The position numbers and the translations under genes are program-made. Below the pieces are notes generated by a model. The model was not told the DNA's origin, did not search any database, and worked only from the letters and a program-made list of their open reading frames with translations. Shown here one piece after another: positions 11,901 to 26,900 of a DNA stretch of 64,000 bases (position 1 is its first letter; every line of letters begins with the position of its first letter). Source of the DNA: Eledone cirrhosa (Eukaryota); the NCBI GenBank assembly GCA_964016885.1, contig CAXHJY010001692.1, forward strand, positions 124,001 through 188,000. The letters run 5' to 3'.

Positions 11901-14900
11901 CTTCATACATTCTACCATGTCTGGTCAGTCCACCAGCTGGGGTAGGTCTTCATACATTCTACCATGCCTGGTCAGTCCACCATTTGGGGTAGGTCTTCAT
12001 ACATTCTACCATGTCTTGTCAGTCCACCATTTGGGGCAGGTCTTCATACATTCTACCATGTCTGGTCAGTTCACCAGCTGGTGTAGGTCTTCATACATTC
12101 TACCATGTCTGGTCAGTCCACCATTTGGGGTAGGTCTTCATACATTCTACCACGTCTTGTCAGTCCACCAGCTGGGGTGGGTCTTCATACATTCTACAAT
12201 GACTGGTCAGTCCACCAGCTGGGGCAGGTCTTCATACATTCTACAATGACTGGTCAGTCCACCAGCTGGGATAGGTCTTCATACATTCTACCATGTCTGG
12301 TCAGTCCACCAGCTGGGGCAGGTTTTCATACATTCTACCACGTCTGGTCAGTCCACCAGCTGGGGCAGGTCTTCATACATTCTACCACGTCTGGTCAGTC
12401 CACCAGCTGGAGCAGGTCTTCATACATTCTACCATGTCTGGTCAGTCTACCAGCTGGGGCAGGTCTTCATACAATATACCACGTCTGGTCAGTCCACAAG
12501 CTGGGGTAGGTCTTCATACATTCTACCACGTCTGGTCAGTCCACCAGCTGGGGTAGGTCTTCATACATTCTACCATGTCTGGTCAGTCCACCAGCTAGGG
12601 TAGGTCTTCATACATTCTACCATGTCTGGTCAGTCCACCATTTGGGATAGGTCTTCATACATTCTACCATGTCTGGTCAGTCCACCAGCTGGGGTAGGTC
12701 TTCATACATTCTACCATGTCTGGTCAGTCCACCATTTGGGGTAGGTCTTCATACATTCTACCATGTCTGGTCAGTCCACCATTTGGGGTAGGTCTTCATA
12801 CATTCTAACATGTCTGGTCAGTCCACCAGCTGGGACAGGTCTTCATACATTCTACCATGTCTGGTCAGTCCACCATTTGGGGCAGGTCTTCATACATTCT
12901 ACCATGTCTGGTCAGTCCACCAGCTGGGGCAGGTCTTCATACATTCTACCATGTCTGGTCAGTCCACCAGCTGGGGTAGGTCTTCATACATTCTACCATG
13001 CCTGGTCAGTCCACCATTTGGGGTAGGTCTTCATACATTCTACCATGTCTGGTCAGTCCACCATTTGGGGCAGGTCTTCATACATTCTACCATGTCTGGT
13101 CAGTTCACCAGCTGGTGTAGGTCTTCATACATTCTACCATGTCTGGTCAGTCCACCATTTGGGGTAGGTCTTCATACATTCTACCATGTCTGGTCAGTCC
13201 ACCAGCTGGGGCAGGTCTTCATACATTCTACCACATCTGGTCAGTCCACCAGCTGGGGTAGGTCTTCATACATTCTACCATGTCTGGTCAGTCCACCATT
13301 TGGGGCAGGTTTTCATACATTCTACCATGTCTGGTCAGTCCACCAGCTGGGGCAGGTCTTCATACATTCTACCATGTCTGGTCAGTCCACCAGCTGGTGT
13401 AGGTCTTCATACATTCTACCATGTCTGGTCAGTCCACCAGCTGGTGTAGGTCTTCATACATTCTACCATGTCTGGTCAGTCCACCATTTGGGGTAGGTCT
13501 TCATACATTCTACCATGTCTGGTCAGTCCACCAGCTGGGGTAGGTCTTCATACATTCTACCATGTCTGGTCAGTCCACCAGCTGGGGTAGGTCTTCATAC
13601 ATTCTACCATGTCTGGTCAGTCCACCATTTGGGGTAGGTCTTCATACATTCTACCATGTCTGGTCAGTCCACCAGCTGGGGCAGGTCTTCATACATTCTA
13701 CCACGTCTGGTCAGTCCACCAGCTGGGTTAGGTCTTCATACTTTCTACCATATCTGGTCAGTCCACCAGCTGGGGCAGGTCTTCATACATTCTACCATAT
13801 CTGGTCAGTCCACCAGCTGGGATAGGTCTTCATACATTCTACCATGTCTGGTCAGTCCACCAGCTGGGGCAGGTGTTCATGCATTCTACCATGTCTGGTC
13901 AGTCCACCAGCTGGGGCAGGTGTTCATGCATTCTACCACGTCTGGTCAGTCCACCAGCTGGGGCAGGTCTTCATACACTCTACCAGCTGGGGTAGGTCTT
14001 TATACATTCTACCATGTCTGGTCAGTCTACCAGTTGGGGTAGGTCTTCATACATTCTACCATGTCTGGTCAGTCTACCAGCTGGGGTAGGTCTTCATACA
14101 TTCTACCATGTCTGGTCAGTCCACCAGCTGGGGCAGGTCTTCATACATTCTACCATGTCTGGTCAGTCCACCAGCTGGGGCAGGTCTTCATACATTCTAC
14201 CATGTCTGGTCAGTCCACCATTTGGGGCAGGTCTTCATACATTCTACCATGTCTGGTCAGTCCACCAGCTGGGGTAGGTCTTCATACATTCTACCATGCC
14301 TGGTCAGTCCACCATTTGGGGTAGGTCTTCATACATTCTACCATGTCTGGTCAGTCCACCATTTGGGGCAGGTCTTCATACATTCTACCATGTCTGGTCA
14401 GTTCACCAGCTGGTGTAGGTCTTCATACATTCTACCATGTCTGGTCAGTCCACCATTTGGGGTAGGTCTTCATACATTCTACCATGTCTGGTCAGTCCAC
14501 CAGCTGGGGCAGGTCTTCATACATTCTACCACATCTGGTCAGTCCACCAGCTGGGGTAGGTCTTCATACATTCTACCATGTCTGGTCAGTCCACCAGCTG
14601 GGGTAGGTCTTCATACATTCTACCATGTCTGGTCAGTCCACCATTTGGGGCAGGTCTTCATACATTCTACCATGTCTGGTCAGTCCACCAGCTGGGGCAG
14701 GTCTTCATACATTCTACCATGTCTGGTCAGTCCACCAGCTGGTGTAGGTCTTCATACATTCTACCATGTCTGGTCAGTCCACCAGCTGGTGTAGGTCTTC
14801 ATACATTCTACCATGTCTGGTCAGTCCACCATTTGGGGTAGGTCTTCATACATTCTACCATGTCTGGTCAGTCCACCAGCTGGGGTAGGTCTTCATACAT

Positions 14901-17900
14901 TCTACCATGTCTGGTCAGTCCACCAGCTGGGGTAGGTCTTCATACATTCTACCATGTCTGGTCAGTCCACCATTTGGGGTAGGTCTTCATACATTCTACC
15001 ATGTCTGGTCAGTCCACCAGCTGGGGCAGGTCTTCATACATTCTACCACGTCTGGTCAGTCCACCAGCTGGGTTAGGTCTTCATACATTCTACCATATCT
15101 GGTCAGTCCACCAGCTGGGGCAGGTCTTCATACATTCTACCATATCTGGTCAGTCCACCAGCTGGGATAGGTCTTCATACATTCTACCATGTCTGGTCAG
15201 TCCACCAGCTGGGGCAGGTGTTCATGCATTCTACCATGTCTGGTCAGTCCACCAGCTGGGGCAGGTGTTCATGCATTCTACCACGTCTGGTCAGTCCACC
15301 AGCTGGGGCAGGTCTTCATACACTCTACCAGCTGGGGTAGGTCTTTATACATTCTACCATGTCTGGTCAGTCTACCAGTTGGGGTAGGTCTTCATACATT
15401 CTACCATGTCTGGTCAGTCTACCAGCTGGGGTAGGTCTTCATACATTCTACCATGTCTGGTCAGTCCACCAGCTGGGGCAGGTCTTCATACATTCTACCA
15501 TGTCTGGTCAGTCCACCAGCTGGGGCAGGTCTTCATACATTCTACCACGTCTGGTCAGTCCACCAGCTGGGGCAGGTCTTCATACATTCTACCACGTCTG
15601 GTCAGTCTACCAGCTGGGGTAGGTCTTCATACATTCTACCATGTCTGGTCAGTCTACCAGCTGGGGTAGGTCTTCATACATTCTACCATGTCTGGTCAGT
15701 CCACCAGCTGGGGTAGGTCTTCATACATTCTACCATGTCTGATCAGTCTACCAGCTGGGGTAGGTCTTCATACATTCTACCACGTCTGGTCAGTCCACCA
15801 GCTGGGGTAGGTCTTCATACATTCTACCATGTCTGGTCAGTCCACCGCTGGGGTAGGTCTTCATACATTCTACCATGTCTGGTCAGTCCACCAGCTGGGG
15901 GTAGGTCTTCATACATTCTACCATGTCTGGTCAGTCCACCAGCTGGGGTAGGTCTTCATACATTCTACCATGTCTGGTCAGTCCACCAGCTGGGGTAGGT
16001 CTTCATACATTCTACCATGTCTGGTCAGTCCACCAGCTGGGGTGGGTATTCATACATTCTACCATGTCTGGTCAGTCCACCACCTGGGGTAGGTCTTCAT
16101 ACATTCTACCATGTCTGGTCAGTCCACCAGCTGGGGCAGGTCTTCATACATTCTACCATATCTGGTCAGTCCACCAGCTGGGATAGGTCTTCATACATTC
16201 TACCATGTCTGGTCAGTCCACCAGCTGGGGCAGGTGTTCATGCATTCTACCATGTCTGGTCAGTCCACCAGCTGGGGCAGGTGTTCATGCATTCTACCAC
16301 GTCTGGTCAGTCCACCAGCTGGGGCAGGTCTTCATACACTCTACCAGTTGGGGTAGGTCTTTATACATTCTACCATGTCTGGTCAGTCTACCAGTTGGGG
16401 TAGGTCTTCATACATTCTACCATGTCTGGTCAGTCTACCAGCTGGGGTAGGTCTTCATACATTCTACCATGTCTGGTCAGTCCACCAGCTGGGGCAGGTC
16501 TTCATACATTCTACCATGTCTGGTCAGTCCACCATTTGGGGTAGGTCTTCATACATTCTACCATGTCTGGTCAGTCCACCATTTGGGGCAGCTCTTCATA
16601 CATTCTACCATGTCTGGTCAGTCCACCAGCTGGGGTAGGTCTTCATACATTCTACCATGCCTGGTCAGTCCACCATTTGGGGCAGGTCTTCATACATTCT
16701 ACCATGTCTGGTCAGTCCACCATTTGGGGCAGCTCTTCATACATTCTACCATGTCTGGTCAGTCCACCAGCTGGGGTAGGTCTTCATACATTCTACCATG
16801 CCTGGTCAGTCCACCATTTGGGGCAGGTCTTCATACATTCTACCATGTCTGGTCAGTCCACCATTTGGGGTAGGTCTTCATATATTCTACCATGTCTGGT
16901 CAGTCCACCATTTGGGGCAGCTCTTCATACATTCTACCATGTCTGGTCAGTCCACCAGCTGGGGTAGGTCTTCATACATTCTACCATGCCTGGTCAGTCC
17001 ACCATTTGGGGCAGGTCTTCATACATTCTACCATGTCTGGTCAGTTCACCAGCTGGTGTAGGTCTTCATACATTCTACCATGTCTGGTCAGTCCACCATT
17101 TGGGGTAGGTCTTCATACATTCTACCATGTCTGGTCAGTCCACCAGCTGGGGCAGGTCTTCATACATTCTACCACATCTGGTCAGTCCACCAGCTGGGGT
17201 AGGTCTTCATACATTCTACCATGTCTGGTCAGTCCACCAGCTGGGATAGGTCTTCATACATTCTACCATGTCTGGTCAGTCCACCAGCTGGAGTAGGTCT
17301 TCATACATTCTCCCATGTCTGGTCAGTCCACCATTTGGGGTAGGTCTTCATACATTCTACCATGTCTGGTCAGTCCACCATTTGGGGTAGGTCTTCATAC
17401 ATTCTAACATGTCTGGTCAGTCCACCAGCTGGGATAGGTCTTCATACATTCTACCATGTCTGGTCAGTCCACCATTTGGGGCAGGTCTTCATACATTCTA
17501 CCATGTCTGGTCAGTCCACCAGCTGGGGCAGGTCTTCATACATTCTACCATGTCTGGTCAGTCCACCAGCTGGGGTAGGTCTTCATACATTCTACCATGC
17601 CTGGTCAGTCCACCATTTGGGGTAGGTCTTCATACATTCTACCATGTCTGGTCAGTCCACCATTTGGGGCAGGTCTTCATACATTCTACCATGTCTGGTC
17701 AGTTCACCAGCTGGTGTAGGTCTTCATACATTCTACCATGTCTGGTCAGTCCACCATTTGGGGTAGGTCTTCATACATTCTACCATGTCTGGTCAGTCCA
17801 CCAGCTGGGGCAGGTCTTCATACATTCTACCACATCTGGTCAGTCCACCAGCTGGGGTAGGTCTTCATACATTCTACCATGTCTGGTCAGTCCACCAGCT

Positions 17901-20900
17901 GGGGTAGGTCTTCATACATTCTACCATGTCTGGTCAGTCCACCATTTGGGGCAGGTCTTCATACATTCTACCATGTCTGGTCAGTCCACCAGCTGGGGCA
18001 GGTCTTCATACATTCTACCATGTCTGGTCAGTCCACCAGCTGGTGTAGGTCTTCATACATTCTACCATGTCTGGTCAGTCCACCATTTGGGGTAGGTCTT
18101 CATACATTCTACCATGTCTGGTCAGTCCACCAGCTGGGGCAGGTCTTCATACATTCTACCATGTCTGGTCAGTCCAGCAGCTGGGGTAGGTCTTCATACA
18201 TTCTACCATGTCTGGTCAGTCCACCAGCTGGGGTAGGTCTTCATACAATATACCACGTCTGGTCAGTCCACAAGCTGGGGTAGGTCTTCATACATTCTAC
18301 CACGTCTGGTCAGTCCACCAGCTGGGGTAGGTCTTCATACATTCTACCATGTCTGGTCAGTCCACCAGCTAGGGTAGGTCTTCATACATTCTACCATGTC
18401 TGGTCAGTCCACCATTTGGGGTAGGTCTTCATACATTCTACCATGTCTGGTCAGTCCACCATTTGGGATAGGTCTTCATACATTCTACCATGTCTGGTCA
18501 GTCCACCAGCTGGGGTAGGTCTTCATACATTCTACCATGTCTGGTCAGTCCACCATTTGGGGTAGGTCTTCATACATTCTACCATGTCTGGTCAGTCCAC
18601 CATTTGGGGTAGGTCTTCATACATTCTAACATGTCTGGTCAGTCCACCAGCTGGGACAGGTCTTCATACATTCTACCATGTCTGGTCAGTCCACCATTTG
18701 GGGCAGGTCTTCATACATTCTACCATGTCTGGTCAGTCCACCAGCTGGGGCAGGTCTTCATACATTCTACCATGTCTGGTCAGTCCACCAGCTGGGGTAG
18801 GTCTTCATACATTCTACCATGCCTGGTCAGTCCACCATTTGGGGTAGGTCTTCATACATTCAACCATGTCTGGTCAGTCCACCATTTGGGGCAGGTCTTC
18901 ATACATTCTACCATGTCTGGTCAGTTCACCAGCTGGTGTAGGTCTTCGTACATTCTACCATGTCTGGTCAGTCCACCATTTGGGGTAGGTCTTCATACAT
19001 TCTACCATGTCTGGTCAGTCCACCAGCTGGGGCAGGTCTTCATACATTCTACCACATCTGGTCAGTCCACCAGCTGGGGTAGGTCTTCATACATTCTACC
19101 ATGTCTGGTCAGTCCACCAGCTGGGGTAGGCCTTCATACATTCTACCATGTCTGGTCAGTCCACCATTTGGGGCAGGTCTTCATACATTCTACCATGTCT
19201 GGTCAGTCCACCAGCTGGGGCAGGTCTTCATACATTCTACCATGTCTGGTCAGTCCACCAGCTGGTGTAGGTCTTCATACATTCTACCATGTCTGGTCAG
19301 TCCACCAGCTGGTGTAGGTCTTCATATATTCTACCATGTCTGGTCAGTCCACCATTTGGGGTAGGTCTTCATACATTCTACCATGTCTGGTCAGTCCACC
19401 AGCTGGGGTAGGTCTTCATACATTCTACCATGTCTGGTCAGTCCACCAGCTGGGGTAGGTCTTCATACATTCTACCATGTCTGGTCAGTCCACCATTTGG
19501 GGTAGGTCTTCATACATTCTACCATGTCTGGTCAGTCCACCAGCTGGGGCAGGTCTTCATACATTCTACCATGTCTGGTCAGTCCACCAGCTGGGTTAGG
19601 TCTTCATACATTCTACCATATCTGGTCAGTCCACCAGCTGGGGCAGGTCTTCATACATTCTACCATATCTGGTCAGTCCACCAGCTGGGATAGGTCTTCA
19701 TACATTCTACCATGTCTGGTCAGTCCACCAGCTGGGGCAGGTGTTCATGCATTCTACCATGTCTGGTCAGTCCACCAGCTGGGGCAGGTGTTCATGCATT
19801 CTACCACGTCTGGTTAGTCCACCAGCTGGGGCAGGTCTTCATACACTCTACCAGCTGGGGTAGGTCTTTATACATTCTACCATGTCTGGTCAGTCTACCA
19901 GTTGGGGTAGGTCTTCATACATTCTACCATGTCTGGTCAGTCTACCAGCTGGGGTAGGTCTTCATACATTCTACCATGTCTGGTCAGTCCACCAGCTGGG
20001 GCAGGTCTTCATACATTCTACCATGTCTGGTCAGTCCACCAGCTGGGGCAGGTCTTCATACATTCTACCACGTCTGGTCAGTCCACCAGCTGGGGCAGGT
20101 CTTCATACATTCTACCACGTCTGGTCAGTCCACCAGCTGGGGCAGGTCTTCATACATTCTACCACGTCTGGTCAGTCTACCAGCTGGTGTAGGTCTTCAT
20201 ACATTCTACCATGTCTGGTCAGTCCACCAGCTGGGGCAGGTCTTCGTACATTCTACCACGACTGGTCAGTCCACCAGCTGGGGCAGGTCTTCATACATTC
20301 TACCACGTCTGGTCAGTCTACCAGCTGGGGTAGGTCTTCATACATTCTACCATGTCTGGTCAGTCTACCAGCTGGGGTAGGTCTTCATACATTCTACCAT
20401 GTCTGGTCAGTCCACCAGCTGGGGTAGGTCTTCATACATTCTACCATGTCTGATCAGTCTACCAGCTGGGGTAGGTCTTCATACATTCTACCATGTCTGG
20501 TCAGTCCACCAGCTGGGGTAGGTCTTCATACATTCTACCATGTCTGGTCAGTCCACCGCTGGGGTAGGTCTTCATACATTCTACCATGTCTGGTCAGTCC
20601 ACCAGCTGGGGGTAGGTCTTCATACATTCTACCATGTCTGGTCAGTCCACCAGCTGGGGTAGGTCTTCATACATTCTACCATGTCTGGTCAGTCCACCAG
20701 CTGGGGTAGGTCTTCATACATTCTACCATGTCTGGTCAGTCTACCAGCTGGGGTAGGTCTTCATACATTCTACCATGTCTGGTCAGTCCACCAGCTGGGA
20801 TAGGTCTTCATACATTCTACCATGTCTGGTCAGTCCACCAGCTGGGTCAGGTCTTCATACATTCTACCACGTCTGGTCAGTCCACCAGCTGGGGCAGGTA

Positions 20901-23900
20901 TTCACACATTCTACCATGTCTGGTCAGTCCACCAGCTGGGGCAGGTCTTCATACATTATACCACGTCTGGTCAGTCCACCAGCTGGGGCAGGTATTCACA
21001 CATTCTACCATGTCTGGTCAGTCTACCAGCTGGGGTAGGTCTTCATACATTCTACCATGTCTGGTCAGTCCACCAGCTGGGGTAGGTCTTCATACATTCT
21101 ACCATGTCTGGTCAGTCCACCAGCTGGGGTGGGTATTCATACATTCTACCATGTCTGGTCAGTCCACCACCTGGGGTAGGTCTTCATACATTCTACCATG
21201 TCTGGTCAGTCCACCAGCTGGGGGTAGGTCTTCATACATTCTACCACGTCTGGTCAGTCCACCAGCTGGGGTAGGTCTTCATACATTCTACCATGTCTGG
21301 TCAGTCCACCAGCTGGGGTAGGTCTTCATACATTCTACCATGTCTGGTCAGTCCACCAGCTGGGGTGGGTATTCATACATTCTACCATGTCTGGTCAGTC
21401 CACGAGCTGGGGCAGGTCTTCATACATTCTACCATGTCTGGTCAGTCCACCAGCTGGAGTAGGTCTTCATACATTCTACCATGTCTGGTCAGTCCACCAT
21501 TTGGGGTAGGTCTTCATACATTCTACCATGTCTGGTCAGTCCACCATTTGGGGTAGGTCTTCATACATTCTAACATGTCTGGTCAGTCCACCAGCTGGGA
21601 TAGGTCTTCATACATTCTACCATGTCTGGTCAGTCCACCATTTGGGGCAGGTCTTCATACATTCTACCATGTCTGGTCAGTCCACCAGCTGGGGCAGGTC
21701 TTCATACATTCTACCATGTCTGGTCAGTCCACCAGCTGGGGTAGGTCTTCATACATTCTACCATGCCTGGTCAGTCCACCATTTGGGGTAGGTCTTCATA
21801 CATTCTACCATGTCTGGTCAGTCCACCATTTGGGGCAGGTCTTCATACATTCTACCATGTCTGGTCAGTTCACCAGCTGGTGTAGGTCTTCATACATTCT
21901 ACCATGTCTGGTCAGTCCACCATTTTGGGTAGGTCTTCATACATTCTACCATGTCTGGTCAGTCCACCAGCTGGGGCAGGTCTTCATACATTCTACCACA
22001 TCTGTTCAGTCCACCAGCTGGGGTAGGTCTTCATACATTCTACCATGTCTGGTCAGTCCACCAGCTGGGGTAGGTCTTCATACATTCTACCATGTCTGGT
22101 CAGTCCACCATTTGGGGCAGGTCTTCATACATTCTACCATGTCTGGTCAGTCCACCAGCTGGGGCAGGTCTTCATACATTCTACCATGTCTGGTCAGTCC
22201 ACCAGCTGGTGTAGGTCTTCATACATTCTACCATGTCTGGTCAGTCCACCAGCTGGTGTAGGTCTTCATACATTCTACCATGTCTGGTCAGTCCACCATT
22301 TGGGGTAGGTCTTCATACATTCTACCATGTCTGGTCAGTCCACCAGCTGGGGCAGGTCTTCATACATTCTACCATGTCTGGTCAGTCCACCAGCTGGGGT
22401 AGGTCTTCATACATTCTACCATGTCTGGTCAGTCCACCAGCTGGGGTAGGTCTTCATACATTCTACCATGTCTGGTCAGTCCACCATTTGGGGTAGGTCT
22501 TCATACATTCTACCATGTCTGGTCAGTCCACCAGCTGGGGCAGGTCTTCATACATTCTACCATGTCTGGTCAGTCCACCAGCTGGGTTAGGTCTTCATAC
22601 ATTCTACCATATCTGGTCAGTCCACCAGCTGGGGCAGGTCTTCATACATTCTACCATATCTGGTCAGTCCACCAGCTGGGATAGGTCTTCATACATTCTA
22701 CCATGTCTGGTCAGTCCACCAGCTGGGGCAGGTGTTCATGCATTCTACCATGTCTGGTCAGTCCACCAGCTGGGGCAGGTGTTCATGCATTCTACCACAT
22801 CTGGTCAGTCCACCAGCTGGGGCAGGTCTTCATACACTCTACCAGCTGGGGTAGGTCTTTATACATTCTACCATGTCTGGTCAGTCTACCAGTTGGGGTA
22901 GGTCTTCATACATTCTACCATGTCTGGTCAGTCTACCAGCTGGGGTAGGTCTTCATACATTCTACCATGTCTGGTCAGTCCACCAGCTGGGGCAGGTCTT
23001 CATACATTCTACCATGTCTGGTCAGTCCACCAGCTGGGGCAGGTCTTCATACATTCTACCACGTCTGGTCAGTCCACCAGCTGGGGCAGGTCTTCATACA
23101 TTCTACCACGTCTGGTCAGTCCACCAGCTGGGGCAGGTCTTCATACATTCTACCACGTCTGGTCAGTCTACCAGCTGGGGTAGGTCTTCATACATTCTAC
23201 CATGTCTGGTCAGTCCACCAGCTGGGGCAGGTCTTCATACATTCTACCACGACTGGTCAGTCCACCAGCTGGGGCAGGTCTTCATACATTCTACCACGTC
23301 TGGTCAGTCTACCAGATGGGGTAGGTCTTCATACATTCTACCATGTCTGGTCAGTCTACCAGCTGGGGTAGGTCTTCATACATTCTACCATGTCTGGTCA
23401 GTCCACCAGCTGGGGTAGGTCTTCATACATTCTACAATGTCTGGTCAGTCTACCAGCTGGGGTAGGTCTTCATACATTCTACCATGTCTGGTCAGTCCAC
23501 CAGCTGGGGTAGGTCTTCATACATTCTACCATGTCTGGTCAGTCCACCAGCTGGGGTAGGTCTTCATACATTCTACCATGTCTGGTCAGTCCACCAGCTG
23601 GGGGTAGGTCTTCATACATTCTACCATGTCTGGTCAGTCCACCAGCTGGGGTAGGTCTTCATACATTCTACCATGTCTGGTCAGTCCACCAGCTGGGGTA
23701 GGTCTTCATACATTCTACCATGTCTGGTCAGTCTACCAGCTGGGGTAGGTCTTCATACATTCTACCATGTCTGGTCAGTCCACCAGCTGGGATAGGTCTT
23801 CATACATTCTACCATGTCTGGTCAGTCCACCAGCTGGGGCAGGTATTCACACATTCTACCATGTCTGGTCAGTCCACCAGCTGGGGCAGGTCTTCATACA

Positions 23901-26900
23901 TTCTACCACGTCTGGTCAGTCCACCAACTGGGGCAGGTATTCACACATTCTACCATGTCTGGTCAGTCCACCAGCTGGGATAGGTCTTCATACATTCTAC
24001 CATGTCTGGTCAGTCCACCAGCTGGGGCAGGTGTTCATGCATTCTACCATGTCTGGTCAGTCCACCAGCTGGGGCAGGTGTTCATGCATTCTACCACGTC
24101 TGGTTAGTCCACCAGCTGGGGCAGGTCTTCATACACTCTACCAGCTGGGGTAGGTCTTTATACATTCTACCATGTCTGGTCAGTCTACCAGTTGGGGTAG
24201 GTCTTCATACATTCTACCATGTCTGGTCAGTCTACCAGCTGGGGTAGGTCTTCATACATTCTACCATGTCTGGTCAGTCCACCAGCTGGGGCAGGTCTTC
24301 ATACATTCTACCATGTCTGGTCAGTCCACCAGCTGGGGCAGGTCTTCATACATTCTACCACGTCTGGTCAGTCCACCAGCTGGGGCAGGTCTTCATACAT
24401 TCTACCACGTCTGGTCAGTCCACCAGCTGGGGCAGGTCTTCATACATTCTACCACGTCTGGTCAGTCTACCAGCTGGTGTAGGTCTTCATACATTCTACC
24501 ATGTCTGGTCAGTCCACCAGCTGGGGCAGGTCTTCGTACATTCTACCACGACTGGTCAGTCCACCAGCTGGGGCAGGTCTTCATACATTCTACCACGTCT
24601 GGTCAGTCTACCAGCTGGGGTAGGTCTTCATACATTCTACCATGTCTGGTCAGTCTACCAGCTGGGGTAGGTCTTCATACATTCTACCATGTCTGGTCAG
24701 TCCACCAGCTGGGGTAGGTCTTCATACATTCTACCATGTCTGATCAGTCTACCAGCTGGGGTAGGTCTTCATACATTCTACCATGTCTGGTCAGTCCACC
24801 AGCTGGGGTAGGTCTTCATACATTCTACCATGTCTGGTCAGTCCACCGCTGGGGTAGGTCTTCATACATTCTACCATGTCTGGTCAGTCCACCAGCTGGG
24901 GGTAGGTCTTCATACATTCTACCATGTCTGGTCAGTCCACCAGCTGGGGTAGGTCTTCATACATTCTACCATGTCTGGTCAGTCCACCAGCTGGGGTAGG
25001 TCTTCATACATTCTACCATGTCTGGTCAGTCTACCAGCTGGGGTAGGTCTTCATACATTCTACCATGTCTGGTCAGTCCACCAGCTGGGATAGGTCTTCA
25101 TACATTCTACCATGTCTGGTCAGTCCACCAGCTGGGTCAGGTCTTCATACATTCTACCACGTCTGGTCAGTCCACCAGCTGGGGCAGGTATTCACACATT
25201 CTACCATGTCTGGTCAGTCCACCAGCTGGGGCAGGTCTTCATACATTATACCACGTCTGGTCAGTCCACCAGCTGGGGCAGGTATTCACACATTCTACCA
25301 TGTCTGGTCAGTCTACCAGCTGGGGTAGGTCTTCATACATTCTACCATGTCTGGTCAGTCCACCAGCTGGGGTAGGTCTTCATACATTCTACCATGTCTG
25401 GTCAGTCCACCAGCTGGGGTGGGTATTCATACATTCTACCATGTCTGGTCAGTCCACCACCTGGGGTAGGTGTTCATACATTCTACCATGTCTGGTCAGT
25501 CCACCAGCTGGGGGTAGGTCTTCATACATTCTACCACGTCGGGTCAGTCCACCAGCTGGGGTAGGTCTTCATACATTCTACCATGTCTGGTCAGTCCACC
25601 AGCTGGGGTAGGTCTTCATACATTCTACCATGTCTGGTCAGTCCACCAGCTGGGGTGGGTATTCATACATTCTACCATGTCTGGTCAGTCCACGAGCTGG
25701 GGCAGGTCTTCATACATTCTACCATGTCTGGTCAGTCCACCAGCTGGAGTAGGTCTTCATACATTCTACCATGTCTGGTCAGTCCACCATTTGGGGTAGG
25801 TCTTCATACATTCTACCATGTCTGGTCAGTCCACCATTTGGGGTAGGTCTTCATACATTCTAACATGTCTGGTCAGTCCACCAGCTGGGATAGGTCTTCA
25901 TACATTCTACCATGTCTGGTCAGTCCACCATTTGGGGCAGGTCTTCATACATTCTACCATGTCTGGTCAGTCCACCAGCTGGGGCAGGTCTTCATACATT
26001 CTACCATGTCTGGTCAGTCCACCAGCTGGGGTAGGTCTTCATACATTCTACCATGCCTGGTCAGTCCACCATTTGGGGTAGGTCTTCATACATTCTACCA
26101 TGTCTGGTCAGTCCACCATTTGGGGCAGGTCTTCATACATTCTACCATGTCTGGTCAGTTCACCAGCTGGTGTAGGTCTTCATACATTCTACCATGTCTG
26201 GTCAGTCCACCATTTTGGGTAGGTCTTCATACATTCTACCATGTCTGGTCAGTCCACCAGCTGGGGCAGGTCTTCATACATTCTACCACATCTGTTCAGT
26301 CCACCAGCTGGGGTAGGTCTTCATACATTCTACCATGTCTGGTCAGTCCACCAGCTGGGGTAGGTCTTCATACATTCTACCATGTCTGGTCAGTCCACCA
26401 TTTGGGGCAGGTCTTCATACATTCTACCATGTCTGGTCAGTCCACCAGCTGGGGCAGGTCTTCATACATTCTACCATGTCTGGTCAGTCCACCAGCTGGT
26501 GTAGGTCTTCATACATTCTACCATGTCTGGTCAGTCCACCAGCTGGTGTAGGTCTTCATACATTCTACCATGTCTGGTCAGTCCACCATTTGGGGTAGGT
26601 CTTCATACATTCTACCATGTCTGGTCAGTCCACCAGCTGGGGCAGGTCTTCATACATTCTACCATGTCTGGTCAGTCCACCAGCTGGGGTAGGTCTTCAT
26701 ACATTCTACCATGTCTGGTCAGTCCACCAGCTGGGGTAGGTCTTCATACATTCTACCATGTCTGGTCAGTCCACCATTTGGGGTAGGTCTTCATACATTC
26801 TACCATGTCTGGTCAGTCCACCAGCTGGGGCAGGTCTTCATACATTCTACCATGTCTGGTCAGTCCACCAGCTGGGTTAGGTCTTCATACATTCTACCAT